Assembly (NCBI GenBank): GCA_026388655.1
Contig: JAPLJI010000057.1
Location: forward strand, 3,604-67,603
Direction: 5' to 3'
DNA: 64,000 nt
Source of the DNA: Pseudomonadota bacterium
Lineage (GTDB): Bacteria; Desulfobacterota; JAPLJL01
The translations under genes were made by a program, and so were the position numbers. Positions 39,821 through 49,517 of the stretch are shown here, piece after piece. Position 1 is the stretch's first letter; each line of letters starts with the position of its first letter. The notes under the pieces were generated by a model, which saw only the letters and a list, made by a program, of their open reading frames with translations, was not told the DNA's origin and made no database searches.

Positions 39821-40282
39821 CTAGCTACCTTTATTTTTTTTCCGGTGCACCATCAGCATCGCGTCCCCGGTTTGGATCACCTTGCCGTCCTGGTTCAAAA
39901 GCTCCCGGCGGAAGCGGACGATCCCGCGGTCATCCTTCTTGGTCTCGCGTTTTTCGACCACCGTTTGCCGGGAATGGATGGTATCTCCGATCCGGAGAGG
40001 CGCTTGGAATTCCATGTTGAACCCCATGAAGGCCATCGTCGCGATCGGGGCGATCGGCCGCCGGAGACCCGAGGCGATCGCCACCCCCAGGAGGTCATGG
40101 GCGGTCCGTTCCCCCGCCGGCGAGGTCCGGCCGTAAGTCTCGTTCATGTGCTGGGGGCGGAAATCCCCGGAGATGGCCGCGAACATCTGGACGTCCGCCA
40201 CCGTGACCACCCGGGCATCGGTAAGAAAATTCTGCCCCACCTCCAGGTCTTCATAATAAAGCCGATTTTCCTCGTATCCCAT
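39821..40282 (-). CDS. MaoC-like dehydratase, second paralogue
   Basis: DFRPQHMN...TAHDLL motif. A repeat-filled spacer separates it from the first paralogue. Confidence 0.7.
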   Translation of the reverse strand: MGYEENRLYYEDLEVGQNFLTDARVVTVADVQMFAAISGDFRPQHMNETYGRTSPAGERTAHDLLGVAIASGLRRPIAPIATMAFMGFNMEFQAPLRIGDTIHSRQTVVEKRETKKDDRGIVRFRRELLNQDGKVIQTGDAMLMVHRKKNKGS

Positions 40283-40502
40283 GATCTCCTCCTTGAATCG
40301 CGTTTAACTGGATCCCATCTTTCTCCTAATCATCCTCGCAGCCCATGATTATATTGGAAAAGAAAGCGGTAGCAAATTCCCCGGTCTTATTCCGTCTGCG
40401 GACTGGTGCTCACCTTATAATAATAAGGTATACTTTTAGAAAAGCCCCACCCGGCGCAAGTTCCATAACCGTCAAACGAGCCGGCCGGGCAAAGGAGGAA
40501 AA

Positions 40503-41366
40503 ATGCGATTTCAAGCGTATAAATCTTTCGCGTTCGCCTTTCTGTTTCTGGCTCTTTTTCTCGGCCCGGCCGCTTCCCGGGCGGACGAAAAAACCATTGA
40601 GAACGCCGGCAAGAAACCTGAAGCCAAATCGGATAAAAAAGCCGAAGGACCTTTTACCTTCGGAAAACGCTGGGATACTCACTCTTACATTGAACTGGAC
40701 GTGTTGTTCGATCGCTACCGGGGGGCTTTCAAACAGGAGATGAGAGGAGATCCCGTGGGGGTCAGGTTAAGAAGGGGGGGGTACTGGAAATATGTCGCCT
40801 TCCATTTCGACCTAGCCGGAGGCTACGCTGGTTCCTTAAAATCCTCGAAATCCTCAGCCACCAAAATCAGTAACGGGAACCTGGGTTTCGCGAACATGAA
40901 CCTTCGCTTGAACGGCGTCCTACCGGTCTTATACGGGGTTATGCTCCAGGGCGGGATCATGAATGAAACCTGGGGCGAATTCGCCGAATATGAAACCCCG
41001 GTTCAGAAAGAAGCCAACATTTACATCGTCAACGGCCTGGGGCCGAATGTCATGCTCAGTTTCTCCCCGATCAAATATGTTTCCTTGAATTTCGAATATT
41101 CCGCGATCCTCAAACCCCTGGTAAACAAACACATGTATGGTAGTTACGCCAAGAATGATAATTTCACCGCCGATGATTATTCCGTTTCCAGCGCCAGTTT
41201 TTCCACGGTGGAAGTCGGGGTCTCGGCCCGGCCGCTCAAGTATCTCTCCATCGGCTTGACCTACGGCGAGAAAAAAATGTCTCATTGGGTTAAAACCCAG
41301 CCGCAAAAAACCAAATTTTCAGGCGCGAACTATTATACTTCCCTTTACCTCTCCTTCACGTATTAG
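40503..41366 (+). CDS. Putative outer-membrane beta-barrel protein
   Basis: Signal peptide (LGPAASRA-DEK), alternating amphipathic beta-strand pattern, and an aromatic C-terminus (...SLYLSFTY). Confidence 0.5.
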   Translation: MRFQAYKSFAFAFLFLALFLGPAASRADEKTIENAGKKPEAKSDKKAEGPFTFGKRWDTHSYIELDVLFDRYRGAFKQEMRGDPVGVRLRRGGYWKYVAFHFDLAGGYAGSLKSSKSSATKISNGNLGFANMNLRLNGVLPVLYGVMLQGGIMNETWGEFAEYETPVQKEANIYIVNGLGPNVMLSFSPIKYVSLNFEYSAILKPLVNKHMYGSYAKNDNFTADDYSVSSASFSTVEVGVSARPLKYLSIGLTYGEKKMSHWVKTQPQKTKFSGANYYTSLYLSFTY

Positions 41367-41411
41367 AAACCGGGGATTCCGCCCAATCAGCTCACTAACG
41401 CTCTCAACTAT

Positions 41412-41948
41412 ATGACCGAGGTTTATCTTAGCCTGGGTTCCAACCTGGGCGACCGGCGAAAAAATCTCAAGCTGGCGCTCAGGGAGATTTCCCGCCTGCC
41501 CCGGACCAGGATCTGGAAAACCTCCTCCATCTATAAAACCGGTCCGATCCTCCCGCCGGTTTCGCCCACCCAGCCGGATTACTTAAACCAGGCGGCCGGG
41601 ATCGAAACCCAGCTTGCTCCCCCCGTCCTGCTAGGCCGGCTTCTCGAAATCGAAAAAAAACTCGGCCGCGTCCGCGGACGGAAAAACGCTCCCCGAATAA
41701 TTGATATCGATATTGTTTATTACGGCCGGGAAATCCTGGCCCAAAAAGGCCTGGCCATTCCCCACCCCCGGGCCGCGGAGCGCCGCTTCGTCCTCAAACC
41801 TCTCAGCGAGCTCGCCCCCCAGTTCCTTGACCCGGTCCACCAAAAAACCGTGACCGAGCTCCTGAAGTCCGCGCCGCCGGGCCAAAAAATCCGCAAGCTC
41901 CCCGTTTCCCTCAATAGAATAAAGAAGGGAAAAAAGGTTCGTTCGTAA
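41412..41948 (+). CDS. folK: 2-amino-4-hydroxy-6-hydroxymethyldihydropteridine pyrophosphokinase
   Basis: N-terminus MTEVYLSLGSNLGDR and the IIDIDIVYYG motif. Confidence 0.85.
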   Translation: MTEVYLSLGSNLGDRRKNLKLALREISRLPRTRIWKTSSIYKTGPILPPVSPTQPDYLNQAAGIETQLAPPVLLGRLLEIEKKLGRVRGRKNAPRIIDIDIVYYGREILAQKGLAIPHPRAAERRFVLKPLSELAPQFLDPVHQKTVTELLKSAPPGQKIRKLPVSLNRIKKGKKVRS

Positions 41949-41966
41949 AATAGTTGAGGATGTATA

Positions 41967-42185
41967 TGTCTATGGATAAGCTGAAGCGAATCAAAACGCT
42001 GAATTTCCCTTGTTTAAATCATTCACTTTCGGTTTATTATGACAATCGCATGCTAACGGCCTTAGCCCCTGCGGGGCGGCTTGTCCTGAGCGATTTATCC
42101 CGAGCCAAAACGAGGGGAGCCGAAGGGCCGGCTGCGTTTTCGGAATAAAGCTAATTGTTTTGAGAGCGAAAGCTTATCCATGGAC
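41967..42185. repeat. MITE-like element with about 20-bp terminal inverted repeats (gtctatggataagctgaagcg ... gagcgaaagcttatccatggac)
   Basis: The two ends are mutually inverted. A related solo end with the same aattgttttg box lies at 53604-53650. Confidence 0.55.
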
Positions 42186-42279
42186 TTGGAAATCTTATCT
42201 TTCAAACGCTAAAGCTATGGCGGATTATCCACTTTTTCATCCGCGGCCCAGGCCGTGGGTCTTCTGCGGAGGTGGATAA

Positions 42280-42525
42280 GTGACCCGTTTCCTTGTTTTT
42301 ATCCTTCTGATTTATATCGTTTACCGGCTCTTCAGGAAAAAAGAGCCCCGCCGGAGGACTGGAAACAGCTCCTCCCCCCGGGAACTGGTCCAGGACCCCC
42401 AGTGCCAGATCTATTTCCCCAAGGATAAAGCGCTGTCCCTGAAATCCAACGGGGAAACTCTATATTTTTGCAGTGAAGAATGCCGGAAGGCCTTCAAATC
42501 CGGGAAGAAGAAAAAACCGGATTGA
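42280..42525 (+). CDS. Small membrane-anchored YHS-domain metal-binding protein
   Basis: N-terminal TM helix, then DPQCQIYF...YFCSEECRKAF, matching the YHS pattern (DPVCGM / YYFCSxxC). Confidence 0.5.
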   Translation: MTRFLVFILLIYIVYRLFRKKEPRRRTGNSSSPRELVQDPQCQIYFPKDKALSLKSNGETLYFCSEECRKAFKSGKKKKPD

Positions 42526-42710
42526 GCTTGAGAATAAGAAAGGGTTAATATTACTAAAACTCGGATTTTTTCGGAGTAATTTTATAGGTTTTTTGTCTAA
42601 AGGTTGCGAAGCTCGTTTCGGCCAACGGTTGCGGCTTTCGGGTAAAAACTCAACCGAACCACGCAACCTAAACGAGCAGCGCAACCGATAACCGTTATAC
42701 GTAATCAAAA

Positions 42711-43058
42711 ATGAAACAGATCAAACTCGACGTTCCCGAACCGGGCCACCTGAGCATCGCGGCCCTGATGATTTACGAGCAGATCCATAAAAACCTGGCC
42801 CGGCCGGAGCGCAGCCGCTGGGTCGAAAATCTCGACTTCGTGATCCAGGTCAACGCTGCGAAAATGTTCTTTTTCGTCACCAAGAAGAACGGTACGGTCC
42901 GGATCCAGAACGGACAGGCTTCCCGCCCCGACGCGACCCTTACCCTCGCGCGGGTCCGCTTCTGGGGCAACCCGCTCCTCCTGGTTCTCCGCCGGCAGAT
43001 TCATCTCCGCGGGAGCATGCTTAAACTGATGCGTTTTCTCCTTTTCATCACCCCTTAA
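42711..43058 (+). CDS. Hypothetical protein, possibly SCP2-like
   Basis: 115-aa ORF with weak resemblance to the SCP2 fold. Low confidence. Confidence 0.3.
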   Translation: MKQIKLDVPEPGHLSIAALMIYEQIHKNLARPERSRWVENLDFVIQVNAAKMFFFVTKKNGTVRIQNGQASRPDATLTLARVRFWGNPLLLVLRRQIHLRGSMLKLMRFLLFITP

Positions 43059-43082
43059 ATTTCAACCCTTGAACCCTGAACC

Positions 43083-44537
43083 TTGAACCTTGGTAAAAAA
43101 ATGGAGAAGGAAGAGATTAAGAAACGGTTGGAGGAGATCGCGGGCAAGGAATGGGTGAGAGACGATGCCGCCACCCTTTTCCTTTATTCGCGGGACATGA
43201 CGGAAAACGAGCCCCACGCCCCCGACTGGGTGGTGATGCCGGAAAACCCGGGCGAGATCCAGGCGGTGATGCGCCTGGCCAACGAAACCCTGACGCCGGT
43301 CACCCCCTACGTGAGCGGCGCTAATGTCGGGGGCCTGACCATCCCGGTCAAGGGCGGGATCATCCTCGACCTGAAACGGATGAACCGGATCCTGGAAATC
43401 AACGAAAGCGACATGTACGCCTTGGTGGAGCCGGGGGTCACCTTCGGCCATCTCCGGGCCGACCTGGACCGCAATCACCCGAAGCTGATCTACACCTACC
43501 CGATGGCCCCGCCCTTCACCTCGGTGACCTGCAACGCCCTGCTCGACGGCCTCTGCAACCTTTCCCACCCGCACGGCGCCACCTCCGACTGGATCAATTC
43601 CCTCGAGGTGGTCCTTCCCTCCGGGGAGCTCGCCCGGATCGGCTCGGCCGCCATCTCCGGCCGGTGGGTCAGCCGGGTTCCCCTCCCGGACCTGGCCGGC
43701 TTATTCATCGGCTGGCAGGGTCTCACGGGCATCGTTACCAAGATCGCTGTCCAGCTCTGCCCCAAGCCCGCCTTCCTGAAGCGTGCCTTCATCCTGCCCT
43801 ATTCCTACTCCACCGCCTACGAAATGATGCGGGAGCTTTCCTGGACCCGGGTCCTCGATGATATCGCCGGGCTTTCCTGGGTCGCGGGCAAAATGATGTA
43901 CGGCCGCCACGGCCCGATCACCCGGGACCCGGGCGAACCCGGTTTTATCCTGTTTGTCGAATATTCGGCCAATACCCGGTCCGAGCTCTGGTCCAAGACC
44001 ATGATCCTGAACAACCTCCTGAAAGACTTCGAGAGAAAAGGCAAAACCTTCGAGGGGCCCCTCGACATCAACGCCATCCTGCGCTTCTTCCCGGAATATG
44101 CCAAGCTGGCGAATTTCCCCACCACCCTCGACTTCCTTCTCGATTACGCCGAAAGCGGAGGTTTTTCCTGGGTCGGCTCCTACGGCCCCACCTCCAACTG
44201 GACGAGTCCTACGGAAAAGGGCTCCGCGATCATGGAAAAATACGGGTTCCCACCCCTCTTCAACTGCCGCTCGATGAAGGGCGGCCATTACGGCTCGCTC
44301 CGCTTTCTCATCCCCTTCGACAAGCGCGACCCCGAGGTGACAAAAAAGCTCCGAATCTGTCTGGAGGAGATCTGCGATCTCCTTCTTGATGAAGGATTCA
44401 TCCCCTATAAAGCCCCGAACTGGGCGGCGAAAAAAATCATCTCCCGGGCCGATCCCGGCTGGGTTAACCTGCTCAAGACCGTCAAGAACGCCCTCGACCC
44501 GAACGGAATTTTAAACCCCGGCCACTGGGGATTTTAA
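43083..44537 (+). CDS. FAD-linked oxidase (GlcD/D-lactate dehydrogenase-like; FAD_binding_4 plus C-terminal oxidase domain)
   Basis: 484-aa ORF with an FAD-binding PCMH-type domain (PENPGEIQAVMRLANE...) and a typical C-terminus ...DPNGILNPGHWGF. The start may be the downstream MEKEE Met. Confidence 0.75.
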   Translation: MNLGKKMEKEEIKKRLEEIAGKEWVRDDAATLFLYSRDMTENEPHAPDWVVMPENPGEIQAVMRLANETLTPVTPYVSGANVGGLTIPVKGGIILDLKRMNRILEINESDMYALVEPGVTFGHLRADLDRNHPKLIYTYPMAPPFTSVTCNALLDGLCNLSHPHGATSDWINSLEVVLPSGELARIGSAAISGRWVSRVPLPDLAGLFIGWQGLTGIVTKIAVQLCPKPAFLKRAFILPYSYSTAYEMMRELSWTRVLDDIAGLSWVAGKMMYGRHGPITRDPGEPGFILFVEYSANTRSELWSKTMILNNLLKDFERKGKTFEGPLDINAILRFFPEYAKLANFPTTLDFLLDYAESGGFSWVGSYGPTSNWTSPTEKGSAIMEKYGFPPLFNCRSMKGGHYGSLRFLIPFDKRDPEVTKKLRICLEEICDLLLDEGFIPYKAPNWAAKKIISRADPGWVNLLKTVKNALDPNGILNPGHWGF

Positions 44538-44605
44538 AAATCGGTAGAGCGTAATTAAACAAACCAGAGTAACGATCTTGAAGCTTTTCCGGGGTCTACG
44601 CTGAG

Positions 44606-45781
44606 ATGATGGAATTTGACGACATCCGGAACTGGGTCGTCCGCTGCGTCCGCTGCGGCACCTGCAAATACACGAACGAGACCTACCTCCCGAGCTGTCC
44701 CGCCGGTGAGCGCTTCCGGTTCGAGCCCTTTTATGCCAGCGGGAAGAATTTTATCGCCCGCGGGATTATCGAAGGGGCGCTCAAGTTTTCCGACCCCGGC
44801 GTGGTCGAGGCCATTTACTCCTGCCCGACCTGTGGCAACTGCCAGAGCCAGTGCCCTTTACCCCACCACGAACACCTGGTGGATATCTACGAAGCCATGA
44901 GAGCCCGGGCGGTGGAGGAGGGAGCGGGCCCGCTCCCTGCCCACAAGCCGCTCTTAGCTTCCCTCCGCCAGTATGACAACCCCTGGATGCAGCCGCGCGC
45001 GAGCAAGGTCCGCTGGGCCAAGGAGCTCGGAATCAAGGACATTTCTAAGGAGAAAGCGCGGGTTCTCTATTTCGTCGGCTGCACCGCCGCCCTCGACCCG
45101 ACCCTCCGGAACATCCCGACCGCCACCGCCACCCTCCTGAAATCCGCGGGAGTGGACTTCGGGATCCTGGGCGAAGCGGAGATCTGCTGCGCTTCCACCA
45201 CCCTGCGGATCGGTGATCGGAAGCTCTTTAAAAATCTCGCGGAGCGGAATATCGAGCTTTTGAACCGGATTAAGGTCGAAACCATCGTCACCTCCTGCGC
45301 GGGCTGTTTTAAAACCCTGAAGCACGATTATAAAAGCATCGGTAAAATCAAACCCCAGATCCTGCACAGCTCGGAGTTTATTTACCGACTTTTCCTGGGA
45401 GGGAAACTGAAGTTTAAAAAAGAAGCTAACCAGGTTGTTACTTATCACGACCCCTGCCACCTGGGCCGCCTGGGCGGGGTCTTCGATCCCCCCCGCCGGA
45501 TCCTCCGTTATCTGCCCGGGATCACCTTCCGGGAAATGGACCGGATCCGGGAGAACGCCTACTGCTGCGGGGCCGGCGGCGGGGTCCGCACCGCCTTCCC
45601 CGACTGGGCCACCGACAATGTCGGCACCCGGATCGAGGAGGCGGAAAAAACCGGGGCCCGGCTCCTGGTTTCCACCTGCCCCTTCTGCGCGCAGAATTTC
45701 ATGACCGGGATCGAAAAGAAAGGCTCGAGCCTGGAATACGTCGACCTGGTTGATTTGCTCAACCGCCTGATCCGAGAATAA
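44606..45781 (+). CDS. Fe-S oxidoreductase with two 4Fe-4S ferredoxin motifs and two CCG domains (GlcF/heterodisulfide-reductase-like)
   Basis: CVRCGTCKY and CPTCGNCQSQCP motifs, plus two C-x(n)-CCG-x(n)-C-xx-C modules (CCASTT...CAGC; CCGAGGG...CPFC). Confidence 0.75.
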   Translation: MMEFDDIRNWVVRCVRCGTCKYTNETYLPSCPAGERFRFEPFYASGKNFIARGIIEGALKFSDPGVVEAIYSCPTCGNCQSQCPLPHHEHLVDIYEAMRARAVEEGAGPLPAHKPLLASLRQYDNPWMQPRASKVRWAKELGIKDISKEKARVLYFVGCTAALDPTLRNIPTATATLLKSAGVDFGILGEAEICCASTTLRIGDRKLFKNLAERNIELLNRIKVETIVTSCAGCFKTLKHDYKSIGKIKPQILHSSEFIYRLFLGGKLKFKKEANQVVTYHDPCHLGRLGGVFDPPRRILRYLPGITFREMDRIRENAYCCGAGGGVRTAFPDWATDNVGTRIEEAEKTGARLLVSTCPFCAQNFMTGIEKKGSSLEYVDLVDLLNRLIRE

Positions 45782-45819
45782 GTTTAAAATTTATTGTTTC
45801 AAGTTTGGAGTTTTAGTGA

Positions 45820-46701
45820 CTATTTCAGTTTCTTCAGAATATTCATCGCTAGCCTTTTTATTTCCATATCTGGATCGTCAACCAAAACGCTGATTTCTTC
45901 CCTCGTTTCGGGTAACAGGCTTCCGCTATTCTCCGATAACCTTTCTAGGGCCAACTTCCGAATGCGTTGGTCGTTATCCCGCAGACATTTCCGGTAGACT
46001 TCAACAAAATTTTCATCTTCCTCCAGCGGACCGAGCAAAACCAGGGCATCGAAACGCATTTCCGCGTTTTCGTGCTCCAGGTACTTGAGGTAAACGTTTT
46101 TTACTTCTTCCCGTTTCGAATAAAACCGCCACAGGTTGAAAAGTATGGCCCTTTTTTGCTCCTCGGGGCCGTGTTCCAAACGCTCTAACAGCATATTTAA
46201 TATCCGATCATCCCGGATATTGCACAAGGCATTTACGGCATTCTGTTGAACCCGGATATCACTGTCATATAACCTCCCAATGAGCGGAATTGCCGCTTGG
46301 TGATTTCCTTCCCATCCCAACGCGAAGGTTGCATAAAGCCTCAAATCGGCATCCGGGCTTTCCAGATCATTCAATAGCTTCTCGACGAGAGGCTGTGGGT
46401 CTTTTAAAAACGGACCGACCACACTCAAATGGATTGAGGCGTTATTCCTGATCTCCTCACCCTCGGATTCATTCTTAATCATTTCATAAAAAATCCAGCT
46501 GGCTTCAGGTTTGGCAAAGGAGGCAAGCAAAAGCATAACTTCAACTTTTATATCTCTTTCCGCAAACTTTAAAGTTTTCAAGAGCAGAGGCACAGCTTTA
46601 TCTTTCTCGGCGAGAAACAATTCCGGGGAGTCAATATATTTCCGAGCTGCGGCCAGGATTTTCTTCCTGGACTCGAATTCGATGACGTTATTTTCTTCCA
46701 T
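45820..46701 (-). CDS. HEAT/PBS-lyase-type repeat protein, AT-rich
   Basis: Repeated amphipathic helix pairs (...DIRVQQNAVNALCNIRDDRILNMLLERL...). Local GC is much lower than the flanks. Confidence 0.55.
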   Translation of the reverse strand: MEENNVIEFESRKKILAAARKYIDSPELFLAEKDKAVPLLLKTLKFAERDIKVEVMLLLASFAKPEASWIFYEMIKNESEGEEIRNNASIHLSVVGPFLKDPQPLVEKLLNDLESPDADLRLYATFALGWEGNHQAAIPLIGRLYDSDIRVQQNAVNALCNIRDDRILNMLLERLEHGPEEQKRAILFNLWRFYSKREEVKNVYLKYLEHENAEMRFDALVLLGPLEEDENFVEVYRKCLRDNDQRIRKLALERLSENSGSLLPETREEISVLVDDPDMEIKRLAMNILKKLK

Positions 46702-46821
46702 AACCTCTTTAAAATTATTTTTAGCTTGTATTAATCCGCAATCGTCAATTTAAAATCCTCAGAAAAGATAACCTAAAATCGCAGTATTCTGAAGATTTTT
46801 GGGGGAGCCCGCTTTGCTTTT

Positions 46822-47082
46822 TCATCGCCTCCGGTAGATGCCGCGTCGATGACCGACTCTATACACACGAACCAGGCGCGTCTTGTCATCCACGGTGTAA
46901 AGGATCCGGTAGTCACCTTTCCGAAGGCGGTATCCGCTTTTTGCCACGAGTCGCTTGGCCCCGGGTGGACGCGGATCTGTCTCCAGGTCGTCAATAGCTT
47001 CCGTGATTATCTCCCGGATCTGGCCGGGAAGGCCCTGAAACTCCCGCCTCGCCCGGGTCTCCACTTCAATCCGGTATCTCAC
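46822..47082 (-). CDS. relE: RelE/ParE-family type II toxin
   Basis: VRYRIEV...LRKGDYRILYTV...VGHRRGIY. The start is taken as GTG, overlapping the antitoxin stop (GTGA). The long ORF extends to 47124. Confidence 0.7.
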   Translation of the reverse strand: MRYRIEVETRARREFQGLPGQIREIITEAIDDLETDPRPPGAKRLVAKSGYRLRKGDYRILYTVDDKTRLVRVYRVGHRRGIYRRR

Positions 47083-47336
47083 TTGGGATTTTCTTGGTTG
47101 CGTCCCTTTTTCACTTCCTCCCACGGGCGGAAACCGGTGGCCTCGCGGACCGCCTCCTGAAGGTCCTCGGCATCAAGAAGATCCTCAATTTTTTCCCGGA
47201 GCGCCGCTTCGATAACGAAGTTCTTCCGCAACCCCAGTCGCTTGCAAACGTCATCCAGCGCCTTCGTGAGGTCGGTGGGGAGCTTGGTCGCGATCGCCTG
47301 TGTCTTCACGATATGCCTCCTTTCACGCTTATTCAT
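47079..47336 (-). CDS. relB: Antitoxin (ribbon-helix-helix/RelB-like) paired with the RelE-family toxin
   Basis: 85-aa ORF immediately upstream of the toxin with a 4-nt overlap. Small basic N-terminus. Confidence 0.55.
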   Translation of the reverse strand: MNKRERRHIVKTQAIATKLPTDLTKALDDVCKRLGLRKNFVIEAALREKIEDLLDAEDLQEAVREATGFRPWEEVKKGRNQENPK

Positions 47337-47434
47337 TCTTATTCTTGCTTAATCTTACCCAATCTTGACAAATCTTACAATATATTTACTGGGAGGGGAA
47401 TCGTAGCATTTCATCCGTATTTTCTATTCGGACT

Positions 47435-47800
47435 TTATTTTCCCTTCCACCCCGGCTCGATGGATTCGGGGGGGAGGGAAGCAATTTTAACTTTCACCTC
47501 GGCGATAAAAACGTCGGCCTGGGGAGGGGTGATGTTTATATTTTTCAACAGGCCCCTTTTTCTCGTGATCACCACCATCTCCCGTCCGGGAAAAGGCAAG
47601 GCCCAGTTTTCCCCCAGAAGCGCCTTGCCCTTTTTGATCTCGGCGATATCTCGGAGTTTGACCTTGCGGAGCGGGACTCCCAGGATCCGGATCTGAATTT
47701 CCGTCTGGGTGATCCGGTAGCGCAGGGAGAACATCGCGGCGAAAACCACCAGGGCGACGACGATCAGAAATATTACGGGGAGGATTTGCTGCCAGTCCAT
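47435..47800 (-). CDS. Membrane-anchored bacterial PH-domain-like protein
   Basis: N-terminal TM helix followed by a ~90-aa soluble domain. Confidence 0.35.
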   Translation of the reverse strand: MDWQQILPVIFLIVVALVVFAAMFSLRYRITQTEIQIRILGVPLRKVKLRDIAEIKKGKALLGENWALPFPGREMVVITRKRGLLKNINITPPQADVFIAEVKVKIASLPPESIEPGWKGK

Positions 47801-47807
47801 AATAATG

Positions 47808-48020
47808 ATTTCGAGTTTCTGGTTTCGAGTTCCGAGTTAATAACCAAAAAGCGTAAATTTTGTTGACGCCATTAAAGTTACGAGTTTCGAGTCTCGAGTT
47901 TCGAGTTCAAGACCAAAGATAGAATAACTATCCTGTTTACTGACTCAATATTTAAATTCGCTTGTGCGGTTGATTTATTTCTTTGTTCAACCAGAAACCA
48001 GAAACTCGCAACTCGAAACT
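47808..48020. repeat. MITE-like element with (GTTTCGAGTT)n terminal inverted repeats in the spacer upstream of the CrtI-like gene
   Basis: tttcgagtttctggtttcgagttccgagtt at the left, gagtttcgagtctcgagtttcgagtt internally, and aaccagaaaccagaaactcgcaactcgaaac at the right. Confidence 0.6.
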
Positions 48021-48024
48021 TAGG

Positions 48025-49509
48025 TTAAGGTATTAACCCATGCCGGAAATCGGAATCCAGGATCTCGGCGCACTCGAGCGCGCTCTGGGCGGCGAGCTCG
48101 GTCCCGATTCCCCTTCCGCCGGCTCCGTCGCCGGCGAAATAGAGGCCGGGGATGGGGCTCCGGATCCCGGGCCGTTCCCCGGCCACCTGGCCGGGAACCT
48201 GGGCGGTGGAAATCGCGGGGCCACCGGGCTTCCCGGTCCAGCTTTCGATCGCCTGGGCCCCGACCACCTCTTTCCAGAGGATATGCCGCTCAATCCCCGG
48301 AACGGCTTCCCGCAGGGTTTTCATCATCGCCTTCTCCCAGGCCTCGGGCGGGTCCTCAAGCTTGGCCGTGGTCACCGGCACCCCCGTGCACATGGTGACG
48401 AACTGTTTGCCCGGCGGGGCGAGGCGGGGATCGAAATTGGTGGGAACCACGAGATAAAGCGGAACGAGCTCGGGAATCCGGCCGGAGAGCAGGTCCTCGT
48501 AAACCTTATGGACCCGGGGGATCGTGGCAGTCTTGGGCCGGAAATCACCATGGGGACTGCCCAGGATGATCAGGCTGCCCTCCTGGATTACCCGCCGGTT
48601 GAGAGCCAGCTTGATCTGGATGGCGTTATGGGATTCCTGGAGCCCTTTGACCCTCTCCCGGAAATCGGCCGGGAAATACCTGGCCCCCGCCAGGTTGAAA
48701 ACCGTGTCCTTGAGCGAGCTGGTGCTGACCACCGCCCCGCCCCGGAATTTCCTCCCGTCGGCCAGTTCCACCCCCCGGACGGCGCCTTTCTCCACCCTGA
48801 TCTTCCTGACCCGGGCCCGGGTCAGGAGCGTGGCCCCGGAATCTTTGGCCGCGTCCAGCATCACCCGGGGCACGATCACTGTCCCGCCCTTGGGATAAGA
48901 AACCGCCCGGGACTCCATCATCCGCTTGGTGCACCAGATCGCCTCCCCGGCCGAGGATTTCCAGTAAGGGTAGACGAAATATAGCGCCATCATCACGTTG
49001 ATATGGGAGAGCAGCCCGGGGTTCCGGGAATACTTAAAAATAAATTCCTCCACCGTCCGATCATTCCACTTTTCGATCTCGGAATCCGGCATCCAGAAGA
49101 AATCATGGGTAAGGCGCAAGACATCCGGGAATTCCCGGAGGGTAACCCCGAGCTGGTGATTGAGCCGGAACATGGTTTTGAAAAGAGTCCGGAACGAGGT
49201 GTAGAGAGGCACATCCAGGCCCAGGCCCGTGATCCGGCAAAGCTTGCGGGGCTGGACGAATTCCACCCGAGAGGTTCCCCCCACCCGCCGCAAAACCTCG
49301 CCGACGGCCCCCTTTCCCCCCCGGGTGCAAAGATGGGTGCCGAAATCCACGTGGAACCCGTCCTTTTCATAGTAAGAACAGGCTCCCCCGATCCGGGGAT
49401 TCTTTTCGAGGACCAGCGTCTTCAAGCCCGCCCGGGCGGAAAGCGCCGCCAGGCTCGATCCCCCGATCCCGGTCCCCACCACGATCACGTCAAAAATCGG
49501 CTCCGGCAT
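48025..49509 (-). CDS. FAD-dependent oxidoreductase of the phytoene desaturase (CrtI/CrtD) family
   Basis: N-terminal dinucleotide-binding motif DVIVVGTGIGGSSLA and a ~490-aa length. Confidence 0.7.
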   Translation of the reverse strand: MPEPIFDVIVVGTGIGGSSLAALSARAGLKTLVLEKNPRIGGACSYYEKDGFHVDFGTHLCTRGGKGAVGEVLRRVGGTSRVEFVQPRKLCRITGLGLDVPLYTSFRTLFKTMFRLNHQLGVTLREFPDVLRLTHDFFWMPDSEIEKWNDRTVEEFIFKYSRNPGLLSHINVMMALYFVYPYWKSSAGEAIWCTKRMMESRAVSYPKGGTVIVPRVMLDAAKDSGATLLTRARVRKIRVEKGAVRGVELADGRKFRGGAVVSTSSLKDTVFNLAGARYFPADFRERVKGLQESHNAIQIKLALNRRVIQEGSLIILGSPHGDFRPKTATIPRVHKVYEDLLSGRIPELVPLYLVVPTNFDPRLAPPGKQFVTMCTGVPVTTAKLEDPPEAWEKAMMKTLREAVPGIERHILWKEVVGAQAIESWTGKPGGPAISTAQVPGQVAGERPGIRSPIPGLYFAGDGAGGRGIGTELAAQSALECAEILDSDFRHGLIP

Positions 49510-49517
49510 TTTCCCCC

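Noticed and set aside
41954-42148. 64-aa ORF inside the 219-bp MITE
   Set aside because: Lies entirely within inverted-repeat-bounded repeat DNA. Composition is not protein-like.
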